Shown: positions 34,948 to 42,511 of the stretch, piece after piece
Layout: the number at the start of each line of letters is the position of its first letter
Numbering within the stretch: the first letter of the stretch is position 1
Origin: an uncultured Gammaproteobacteria bacterium
GTDB lineage: Bacteria; Patescibacteriota; Patescibacteriia; 2-12-FULL-60-25
DNA length: 64,000 bases
Assembly (NCBI GenBank): GCA_964521235.1
Contig: CAZFRH010000002.1
Coordinates: 10,025 to 74,024 of the forward strand
Reading direction: 5' to 3'
Translations under genes and position numbers: made by a program
Notes under the pieces: model-generated
Databases searched by the model: none
Told to the model about the DNA's origin: nothing
Seen by the model: the letters and a program-made list of their open reading frames with translations, nothing else

Positions 34948-35600
34948 ACGGATTGAACCGCTCACACCAGTCGGAGCTGTTTGACCCGGCGCACGCACGG
35001 CCGGTCACGGTGCTCGGCGTCGGGTCCGTCGGGAGCCACGTCGCCCTCCAGCTCGCCCTGCTCGGTGCAAGCAAGATCACGGTGTGGGACGGCGACGATG
35101 TCCGTTCCCACAACCTCCCCATGTCCATGGTCTTCGGCATCGGGGACCTAGGACGGCTCAAGGTGGAGGCCGTGGCCAAACGGATCAAAGCCCAGACGGA
35201 CATCGAGATCCGCACGGTGCCGCGTATGTATGCGGGTGAGCCGCTCAAGGGGTCGGTGGTCGCGTGCGTGGACACCATGAAGGCACGGCAACTGATTTGG
35301 GAGGTGGTCCGCAACAACCCAACGATCGACATTTTTGTCGATACCCGCATCCATGAGCGCTACATCGTCGTCTATAGTGTCCGACCGTGCCGTCCGGAGG
35401 ACATGATGGAGTACGAGGCGCACCTGTACCCGGACAGCACGACGCCTCAACGCACCTGTGGGGCGCACGGGATCGTGAATGTCACGACCGTCGCGGCCTC
35501 GCTTGCCACCCATGCCTTGACGCGGATGTGGTCCGGTGATATACAAGCCCCACGCCAGTCTCTCCTCCTCGGGGATGATCGGCTGCACGTGTACGAATGA
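34944..35600 (+). CDS. Minimal ThiF/MoeB-type E1-like adenylyltransferase, 218 aa
   Basis: AAGGAGG RBS and an ATGA overlap with the upstream stop. Motifs VLGVGSVGSHVA, WDGDDVRSHNL, GRLKVEAVAKRI, VDTMKARQLI and TCGAHGIVNVTTVAASLATHAL. Confidence 0.75.
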   Translation: MNGLNRSHQSELFDPAHARPVTVLGVGSVGSHVALQLALLGASKITVWDGDDVRSHNLPMSMVFGIGDLGRLKVEAVAKRIKAQTDIEIRTVPRMYAGEPLKGSVVACVDTMKARQLIWEVVRNNPTIDIFVDTRIHERYIVVYSVRPCRPEDMMEYEAHLYPDSTTPQRTCGAHGIVNVTTVAASLATHALTRMWSGDIQAPRQSLLLGDDRLHVYE

Positions 35601-35611
35601 AGGGAGGATTC

Positions 35612-35845
35612 ATGTCGAAGATGATCGAAGTCGTGGTCGAAGTGGTACCGACGAGCGGGAAGCCGACCATCCAGACGGTCGAGGTGCCGAAGGGGGCCAA
35701 AGTTTCGGACGTCCTCACGGCGGCCGGAGTCACGGCCAAGGATCGGAATTTGACCCTGAACGGCGGGGTCGTCGGAGTCGACGCGAAGATCCCCACACCG
35801 GCCAAGGCCAAGCTCTTCGTCCAGGAGCGCCCTGCCGGTTCCTGA
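35612..35845 (+). CDS. ThiS/MoaD-like beta-grasp (ubiquitin-like) protein, 77 aa
   Basis: AGGGAGGA RBS 4 nt before the ATG. VEVPKGAKVSDVLTAAGV..LTLNGGVVGVDAKI..KLFVQERPAGS resembles ThiS but ends AGS instead of GG. Confidence 0.6.
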   Translation: MSKMIEVVVEVVPTSGKPTIQTVEVPKGAKVSDVLTAAGVTAKDRNLTLNGGVVGVDAKIPTPAKAKLFVQERPAGS

Positions 35846-35880
35846 CACGGCCGCGCTGCTCCATCCGTTCGTTTCTTCTT

Positions 35881-35926
35881 CAGCCGCCGCCTTGCGTCCC
35901 TCGCAAGCGGCGGCTGTTGTGTTTTT
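35881..35926 (+). terminator. Intrinsic terminator of the cassette
   Basis: CAGCCGCCGCCTTGCG-TCCCT-CGCAAGCGGCGGCTG followed by TTGTGTTTTT. Confidence 0.85.
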
Positions 35927-36359
35927 AGAACTTTTTTTCTTTTCGTTTCTTGATGACCAACCGTGTCAGGTCAATGAGAGTAATGATGAGGATTGGGGTG
36001 ATGAACACGGCGCATGCGAGCAAGATGTAGAAGGGGAAAAAATGGACCCCACGCAAGGCCGCGCGGATGATGTAAAAACCCATGAGGATGGTCAACGGGA
36101 CGGTCAAGATGACAACCACGAGCGTGGACAGGAAGTTTTTGTAGAGGTCTTGGGAAAGGTGCTCTTCAAGTAGGGTGTCTCTTGTTGCGTGGATGTGGCG
36201 CGTCCGTTCCTCTTTTGGCAGCCCTTGGGCATCCTGCACACCCTTTTGCATCCGACTGATGGCTGGCCAAAACCGTTTGAGGAGGAGAACAATACTCAAA
36301 ACAAATACAGCTAGGCTGATCAGCGGCTTTGCAACGAGCCACACGTCGGTCCATTCCAT
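35925..36359 (-). CDS. Hypothetical membrane protein, 144 aa
   Basis: Three to four hydrophobic segments and a Lys-rich C-terminus. Confidence 0.6.
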   Translation of the reverse strand: MEWTDVWLVAKPLISLAVFVLSIVLLLKRFWPAISRMQKGVQDAQGLPKEERTRHIHATRDTLLEEHLSQDLYKNFLSTLVVVILTVPLTILMGFYIIRAALRGVHFFPFYILLACAVFITPILIITLIDLTRLVIKKRKEKKF

Positions 36360-36365
36360 AGGGGA

Positions 36366-37055
36366 TTATGTTTGAAGATACCGTTTTTGTTCCTGTTTGG
36401 AAAACTTTTCAATCGCATAGCGCAACATCGTCCTTGGCATTTCGTGCGCGTGTTCGTCTAAAAAGTCACGCAAGATTTTTTCTGAACAGCGTTTGCCGAC
36501 TTCGCGCAGCATCCATCCCGTCGCCTTGTGGATCAGGTCGTGTTCGTCGCGGAGGAAACGTTTTGCGAGACGGAGTGTCTCCCGGCTTTTTCCGCGCATG
36601 ATGTGGTGGGCGGTCGAGAGCATGGCGATACGGCGGTCCCAGAGCAGGGGTGAGCGGGCGAGGCGGTTGAGGAGTGCTGGCGTGCAGAAGGGGCCGACAA
36701 TGTGCGGGGCGGACGTGTCCACCAAATCCCAGTTGTTGATGTAACGCGTGTGCTTCAGATAGAGGTTGAAAATATGTGTGCGTGTTTTTTCATCACCTTT
36801 TTTGTAGCGGTCAACCAACAGGACCAGCGCAATGAACCGCTCTTCGTGGATCGGGCTTTTAAGCAGTTTGGTGATGTCTGCGAGCGGAAGGGCCGGGTAG
36901 CGCTTGGCGATCGAGCGCAGCACCGGTACGGTCACGCCGAGGAAACGGTCGCCTTCGGCGTAATCGCCTTTGCCGGTCTTAAAAAACCCTTGGAGGAGCT
37001 TTGCTTTGGCGGGGTTGGCGTGCCGTTTGATGTCGGCGCGGAGCTTGCTCAGCAT
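36366..37055 (-). CDS. DNA alkylation repair protein (AlkD-like HEAT-repeat family)
   Basis: 229 aa: ANPAKAKLLQGFFKTGKGDYAEGDRFLGVTVPVLR...NNWDLVD...IHKATGWMLRE. Confidence 0.8.
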   Translation of the reverse strand: MLSKLRADIKRHANPAKAKLLQGFFKTGKGDYAEGDRFLGVTVPVLRSIAKRYPALPLADITKLLKSPIHEERFIALVLLVDRYKKGDEKTRTHIFNLYLKHTRYINNWDLVDTSAPHIVGPFCTPALLNRLARSPLLWDRRIAMLSTAHHIMRGKSRETLRLAKRFLRDEHDLIHKATGWMLREVGKRCSEKILRDFLDEHAHEMPRTMLRYAIEKFSKQEQKRYLQT

Positions 37056-37073
37056 GGTGGTATCTTAACACGG

Positions 37074-37109
37074 AAAAACAAAACCCCCGGTCATCTGACT
37101 GGGGGTTTT
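37074..37109 (-). terminator. Intrinsic terminator downstream of the 859-aa gene
   Basis: The minus strand reads CCCCCAGUCA..UGACCGGGGG followed by UUUUGUUUUU. Confidence 0.8.
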
Positions 37110-37120
37110 GGTTCGCGTTG

Positions 37121-39694
37121 TTATTGCGGGAGCGCGAGGCCGCTGTTGGCCATGGCGCGCATGGTGTCCCATTCGGTCGCATTGGCCGGGGTGTGGCCAA
37201 AGATGCGGTGGAAGACGCGGATCGCGGCCCGTTCGTTGGCAAGGCTGCGGACCATTGGGCGGATGCCGTAGGTCATGATGTTGATCGCGGCGTTGTCACG
37301 CGGTTGCGTGCGGTCGGCGTCGCGGCCGTAGATCGTCTTGAAGGTCGCGAGCATCTGGTTCTCGCGTTCCTGGTTCAAGCTCGGGAGCTTGCCGGAGGCG
37401 ATGCGCAGCGCGTCGCGCCATTCACATTCGGTGCGCGGCACGTGGCCGTAGACGGCGCGGTAGGAGTCCACCACACCGGCACGTTCACCGGCGCCCAAGC
37501 GGAGGCCGCCGGAGGTGCCGTAGGCCGTCCAGTTTTTGACCATGTTGCGGAATTCGACAGCGAGCTCGAGCGGAGTGACGCGCGGGACAAGTGTCTGGTC
37601 GAAGAACGTTTCGGTCGGCAGGTTGCGGGTGATGCCGAGTGCGGCCAGGATCTCCTCCAAGGTCCGGATGACAATGCGCGCATCGGGCTCGTCGGCGGAG
37701 CAGGAGCCTTCGGCCGTGTTCACGTCCTCAATACCCAAGACGCGTCCATCAGGGGAACCGCCGCCAAGGTTCAAGAGGGAAGGTTGGCCACCGGACGAAG
37801 CGGGCAGTCCACCGCCACCCCCACCTCCGGAGTTATTATTATTGTTGTTTGAACCACCGCCGGATGAACCGCCTCCTGTTGAAGGGGAGCCTGGGTCATC
37901 GTTGGTGATGATGCACTCCTTGACTTCGCCCGCGGCGATCGTGCCGGAGCAGTTTGAGCCGAGGGATTTGGTGTAGGCGCCAGAAGAGTCTTCGTCCACG
38001 GAGTACGCACCTGGATCAACCGTGATGACGACGCCGTCTTCGTTGCCTGGGAAGGCATCATCAGACGGGTTGGTTGCCGTCACGACCATCAAAAAGTCGT
38101 TGGCATCTGCCTGGCCACGGTTATCGTTCACGACGTGCTTTTTGACGATGAGCGTCCCTTGCGTTTCGCTGCCCTGGATCAGGGTGTTGGTGACGGTGCA
38201 GTAACGTGAGCCGAGCGTGCCGACCGCGACTGCCGTGAGCGTCACTTCCGGTTGTTCCATCACGCCCTCACAGTCTTCGCTGTAGGTCGTGGTGTAGCCT
38301 GGAGCCGCATCCTCGGTCACGTCGTAGCTACCCGCTTCGAGGATGACGTAGGTGCCGTAGCCGTCGTCACCTGGGAAGGTGGTGGTGGACGGGTTGTTGC
38401 CTTCGACATGCAACGTAAACGCGGACGCCGGGGTTTCGCTGCCCACGACGACCTTGCGCACGATGAGCGTACCGACTTCCGGTTCGCTCCCATTTTCCGT
38501 GTTCGTCACCGTGCAGAGGACGTCCTCACCCGGTTCCAACGAGAGCTCGTAGGAACCGCTCTGGGAGTTACCAAAGGCGGATTCCTCGTTGTTGTAGGAA
38601 CAGGAGATTTGGGTGGTGTAGCCCTCGATGGCTGGTTCAGAGATGACGTACGTGTCAGCGTCGAGCTCCATGGTCACGGAGTTTGGCGTGCCATCTTCTT
38701 CCGGAAGGATTTGCTGTTCTCCGTCCAAATACACGGCGTATGACGTGGATTCACCCTGCCACACTTTTTCAACGGTCAGGGTCGCCGGTTCTGGCGCTGG
38801 TTCGTTTTCATCGTTGGTGATCGTGCAGTTCACGACGTCGCCGGAGGAAACCGAGATGCCACCGTTGCTATAGATGTTTCCTTCTTGCTGGTTGCGCGTG
38901 CAGGCAATCGTCGTCGCAAAGTTCGCGATCTCATTTTCCGTCAGCGAGTAGGTGCCGGCTGGGCGGGTGAGCGTCCGGGTGAGCGGCGTTTCGTCGCTGT
39001 CCGGAAGCGCCACACCACCTTCAAACAAGACGGAAAAGCTTGGGGCTTCTGATCCTTCATTCAAGACCCAGACTTTTGTGAGGTTGATGGTGGCGTCGAC
39101 TGGAGGAGGTGGCGGAGGAGGTTCGTCGCCAAACATGACGGTCGTGCTCGCATTGGCGAGGAGTTCCGTGTCATCTTCTGGCCCGTCGGCGCATTTCTGC
39201 GTGACTCCGTTGTGGGGTGTTTTACAGAGATAGAGTTCTGCGTTGACGGTACATGTTCCACTCACGACGCACGCAGCACTTGCATCGTATGTGTGTTGGC
39301 CGATCCAGTCACCGCTATCAAAGCCGTTTAGGCTAAAATCGTACTCTGTTCCATACGGGATTCCATGAAACCACGCATCAACATTTGCCTCAATAAAGCC
39401 TAGAGGGGTATAGCTTGGTGGAATAAAGCTTTCATCAGTCGGTGACCCATCTCCCCAGTTCACGCGGACAAAGATTTGTTGTCCATCGCCGGGACCGCCA
39501 GCGGTTCCATCCAGAGTGACGTAAAAACCACCGCTACCGTTATCGGTGGGGGTGCTGGCTGTAACCGTCATATCATGTCCTTCCACGACCGAGGCGGCTT
39601 TTACGCTGGCGAGTGGGGACAGGCTTCCCAAGACCATGGTGGCCAAGGTTAGGCTCGCGACCCACTGTTTAGGCTGAAAACTCTTAGACTTCAT
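37121..39694 (-). CDS. Large secreted surface protein with four prealbumin/Cna-B-like modules, a Gly/Asn linker and a C-terminal triple-repeat domain
   Basis: Signal peptide MKSKSFQPKQWVASLTLATMVLGSLSPLASVKA. Modules start GTLIV[RK]K/ATLTVEK and end C[TI][IV]TN. The track start is TTG at 39700; the ATG is at 39694. Confidence 0.85.
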   Translation of the reverse strand: MKSKSFQPKQWVASLTLATMVLGSLSPLASVKAASVVEGHDMTVTASTPTDNGSGGFYVTLDGTAGGPGDGQQIFVRVNWGDGSPTDESFIPPSYTPLGFIEANVDAWFHGIPYGTEYDFSLNGFDSGDWIGQHTYDASAACVVSGTCTVNAELYLCKTPHNGVTQKCADGPEDDTELLANASTTVMFGDEPPPPPPPVDATINLTKVWVLNEGSEAPSFSVLFEGGVALPDSDETPLTRTLTRPAGTYSLTENEIANFATTIACTRNQQEGNIYSNGGISVSSGDVVNCTITNDENEPAPEPATLTVEKVWQGESTSYAVYLDGEQQILPEEDGTPNSVTMELDADTYVISEPAIEGYTTQISCSYNNEESAFGNSQSGSYELSLEPGEDVLCTVTNTENGSEPEVGTLIVRKVVVGSETPASAFTLHVEGNNPSTTTFPGDDGYGTYVILEAGSYDVTEDAAPGYTTTYSEDCEGVMEQPEVTLTAVAVGTLGSRYCTVTNTLIQGSETQGTLIVKKHVVNDNRGQADANDFLMVVTATNPSDDAFPGNEDGVVITVDPGAYSVDEDSSGAYTKSLGSNCSGTIAAGEVKECIITNDDPGSPSTGGGSSGGGSNNNNNNSGGGGGGGLPASSGGQPSLLNLGGGSPDGRVLGIEDVNTAEGSCSADEPDARIVIRTLEEILAALGITRNLPTETFFDQTLVPRVTPLELAVEFRNMVKNWTAYGTSGGLRLGAGERAGVVDSYRAVYGHVPRTECEWRDALRIASGKLPSLNQERENQMLATFKTIYGRDADRTQPRDNAAINIMTYGIRPMVRSLANERAAIRVFHRIFGHTPANATEWDTMRAMANSGLALPQ

Positions 39695-39763
39695 ATGCAA
39701 GGGTAGGTAGGGGTGTATTGAATAAAGTATTTATCCACATAGTGGAGAAAGGGCTAGGGTTTG

Positions 39764-39809
39764 TCAAAAAAGTGAAGCGCCCCGGACCTCAGAATGAGGT
39801 ACGGGGCGC
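39764..39809 (-). terminator. Intrinsic terminator downstream of the lipoprotein gene
   Basis: GCGCCCCG..ACCTCA-GAA-TGAGGT..CGGGGCGC hairpin followed on the minus strand by a TTTTTT run. Confidence 0.75.
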
Positions 39810-39842
39810 AGGAGCGTCAGCACGAGCGTGGACGCCGGTGGA

Positions 39843-40700
39843 TCAGGGAGCCGGTGGCGCGGGCGGTACGCAGAGGCCGAAGTTGAACATCCCGGTGAAG
39901 CCGAGCCCTGCCACGTGTACGCAGGAGTTCGGGTAGGGGCAGGGGATGGTCAACGTACCCCACGGTCCGCCGGTAGTCACGACGGACAGGGGCGCGGGCA
40001 CGTAGCACACCGGGTAGCACGCGAGCTCATCGTTCGGGATGGGCGTCGGTGGCGGTGGCGGTGACGTTGTGCTGATCCGAGCGCAGAGCTCGTTCACGCC
40101 GCACGGATCGGTCGATACGCCGCACACCGTCTCCTCCGTGATCGCGAGGGTCACGACCAGATCACCACTGGTGTAGAGCGTTCGCTCGTCACCGTCGCTG
40201 AAGTGGAACGTCCAGTTCAGCGTGGCTGTGTTCGTCGTGCCTGCGAGGACCGGGATCGGGTTCGGCGTGTGCCCGGTGTACGAGCACCCCACCAGGTCCG
40301 TCCTCGTCCCCGTGTAGATGCAGTACGGCATGGTGGCCGCCGCGATGCATGCAGCGTCCGTGGAGGAGCACGCAGGGAGCAGCGTGCCGATCGGCGCCCC
40401 CGGTACCGAAAGGACGTAGGGGCCCAGGTTCAGCTCCGGGAACAGGATCGTGGAGTCTGCTGCAGTCGTGGCCGCGACCACCGGAGCCTGTCCGTCGCAG
40501 CCACCTGGCGAAGGCGGGGACGTGGCGCACGAGGCCATGACCGAGGCGACGACCGAGTACGTGCCGGACGCGATCGTGCCCGTCAGGTTGCTCTGGATCG
40601 CGCCGACCGCGTCGTCGCCTCCGCCGGGACTGCCCTCGACGCTGCATCCTACGTTTACCAGCGCTACGAGCGCTACCAATGAAATGAGCAAGCGATTCAT
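39843..40700 (-). CDS. Cys-rich secreted lipoprotein, 285 aa
   Basis: GAGGAGG RBS. MNRLLISLVALVALVNVGCS has a lipobox-like VGC. The mature part contains many Cys. Confidence 0.7.
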   Translation of the reverse strand: MNRLLISLVALVALVNVGCSVEGSPGGGDDAVGAIQSNLTGTIASGTYSVVASVMASCATSPPSPGGCDGQAPVVAATTAADSTILFPELNLGPYVLSVPGAPIGTLLPACSSTDAACIAAATMPYCIYTGTRTDLVGCSYTGHTPNPIPVLAGTTNTATLNWTFHFSDGDERTLYTSGDLVVTLAITEETVCGVSTDPCGVNELCARISTTSPPPPPTPIPNDELACYPVCYVPAPLSVVTTGGPWGTLTIPCPYPNSCVHVAGLGFTGMFNFGLCVPPAPPAP

Positions 40701-40848
40701 CGCATCCTCCTCTTTCGACCCTTCATCTTTCAGGAGTCCAGGAAATCCAGCCTCTACTGAAAAACGTGTCAGTACCCTATAGGGGATAATGGCTAACGTC
40801 AAGCCCCTGGATCGTTATTGAGTATCCAGCGTGTTCAAATGGCTAATA

Positions 40849-42120
40849 TTAGAGAAAAAGCAGAACCGATGCTAACCCAATAACCGCTAGGCTATGCACC
40901 ACGACTGATGGATGCTGGACCTTGATTTTAACGAAGACGCTGATGAGCAGCGCGGCGCTCAAGAAGACGATGAAGTAGACGTAGGTGCGGCGGACGGTAT
41001 CTTGCAGGCCACTCACGTTGATCCATCTAAACAGTTTGAGCTTGCGTGTGCCGTTGTCATTAAAGAAGAACAGGTCACTTGGTTGTGAGGCTGGGGCGAC
41101 GATGGCGACGGGCTCTTGGGTGGTCTTGCCGTTGGTGCCTTGGACGGTCACGGTCAACGGTTCGCCGTTAGGGGACGAGGTGTTGGGGTTGATGGCCACG
41201 TGGCCGGTCCATTCGTTTGGTTGTGTCTTGGAGCGGGTGAGTGGGGTCGTGTCTGTGCCGAGTTGGGCCGAGACGACCTTGGCATTTTTGGCCGTAACGG
41301 TCACTTCTAGCCCGTCTTTGGACGGTTTCAATGCTGTCGTCGGTTGTGCGGTCGTGGGTTGTGTGGGGACGGTTACGGGTTCGGGTTCCTCGACCGGTTC
41401 GGTCACGCCGAGGACGTTGGGGGGGGAGGAGAGAGAAGCGTCAGGGGGGAGAGAAGCGTCAGAAGCGTCAGTAAGGAGTGTTGGGGTTGGGGGAGCGTCA
41501 ACGGCAGTTGGGATGGGCGTGCCGAAGAGTTGGACCACCATGATGGACGGGGCGCCTTCAAACTCACCGCTCGCAATGCCGATGCCGGTTTCGGTGTAGT
41601 GCGTGTTGACGATGTTTGCACGGTGCGATGCGCTCGCGAGCCAGCCGGCCTGCACGTCTTCGGCTTCAAGAAAGTGGACGGCCAGGTTTTCTCCGGCGTA
41701 GGAGTAGTCATATCCAGCCTCGCGGATCCAGTTCCACGGCCAGCGGCCGGTCGGGCTTTGGTGAGCAAAGTATTGGTTCTTTACCATGTCTTCTGCCTTG
41801 GCTTGCGCTGCCTGGATCAGACGGTCGTTCAGGAGGAGGGGGGCGAGGCCGGCGGTCGAGCGGGCGGCGTTGGTCAGGTCGGCGACGTTCCGGACGGTGA
41901 TCGCACTTGAGTAGAGGCTGCTCGAAGGGAGGGCGAGCGGGGCGACCAAGGCTACGACCTTAAGGGCGATCAAGAAGAAACTGTAGACCAAAAGCGCCCC
42001 GTGACGGAGGACGTACGGGTGGTGGTTATTTCCCGCATGCGGGATCAGATGGTTTTTGAGACGCTTCCCAACCCGCTTGGCATGGCGGGTCACATGTTCC
42101 CGTATCCTTCGGGGTGGCAT
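40849..42120 (-). CDS. CAP/SCP (YkwD-like) domain protein with N- and C-terminal TM anchors
   Basis: AQAKAEDMVKNQYFAHQSP...YAGENLAV...GWLASASHRANIVNTHYTETGIG. Confidence 0.8.
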   Translation of the reverse strand: MPPRRIREHVTRHAKRVGKRLKNHLIPHAGNNHHPYVLRHGALLVYSFFLIALKVVALVAPLALPSSSLYSSAITVRNVADLTNAARSTAGLAPLLLNDRLIQAAQAKAEDMVKNQYFAHQSPTGRWPWNWIREAGYDYSYAGENLAVHFLEAEDVQAGWLASASHRANIVNTHYTETGIGIASGEFEGAPSIMVVQLFGTPIPTAVDAPPTPTLLTDASDASLPPDASLSSPPNVLGVTEPVEEPEPVTVPTQPTTAQPTTALKPSKDGLEVTVTAKNAKVVSAQLGTDTTPLTRSKTQPNEWTGHVAINPNTSSPNGEPLTVTVQGTNGKTTQEPVAIVAPASQPSDLFFFNDNGTRKLKLFRWINVSGLQDTVRRTYVYFIVFLSAALLISVFVKIKVQHPSVVVHSLAVIGLASVLLFL

Positions 42121-42164
42121 ACTATCCTCTAAGTGTACGTCTGAATCGCTTCAACGACAAACCT

Positions 42165-42401
42165 ATGAATGACCAACGACCCGTCCGCTTTGAACCCGAG
42201 TGGCGGCGTATCTATCATTTCTTGCGCAATCCAAAAGCGGACTGGAAGCCGAAGGCCGCCATTTTTTTGGCCGTGCTTTATTTAGTGTGGCCACTCGACC
42301 TCTTGCCTGACATCGCACCGATCATCGGATGGCTAGATGATCTTGGGCTCGGGACCCTCGCGACGCTGTATTTGGTCAGCGCTTCGCGCTCCTCCTCTTA
42401 G
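42165..42401 (+). CDS. DUF1232 (YkvA-like) membrane protein
   Basis: AIFLAVLYLVWPLDLLPDIAPIIGWLDDLG. The start is set at the internal ATG. Confidence 0.8.
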   Translation: MNDQRPVRFEPEWRRIYHFLRNPKADWKPKAAIFLAVLYLVWPLDLLPDIAPIIGWLDDLGLGTLATLYLVSASRSSS

Positions 42402-42511
42402 CTTAAGAGGAGGTAGGGAGGAGTTAAAGACAAATTGGAAGTACTTCCTATTGGTTTTAACCCCCTTTGTCCCCCTTAGGGTAAGGGGGAGATTTACATG
42501 AAGGGAGGCGA

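Noticed and set aside
34944-35845. Interpretation of the ThiF-like plus ThiS-like pair as thiamine or molybdopterin sulfur-carrier genes.
   Set aside because: No thiG/thiH/thiC/thiE or moaE/moaA genes are in the window. The Ubl lacks the GG terminus. The pair is translationally coupled to a protein with an E2-type HPH-x7-C motif. It remains formally possible until profile searches are run.
41435-41470. GAAGCGTCAG units in the CAP-domain gene that resemble the GT4 hexanucleotide tract at 8266-8313.
   Set aside because: There are only two or three short units encoding DASDAS. This is too short to call a shared repeat family and is probably convergent low complexity.
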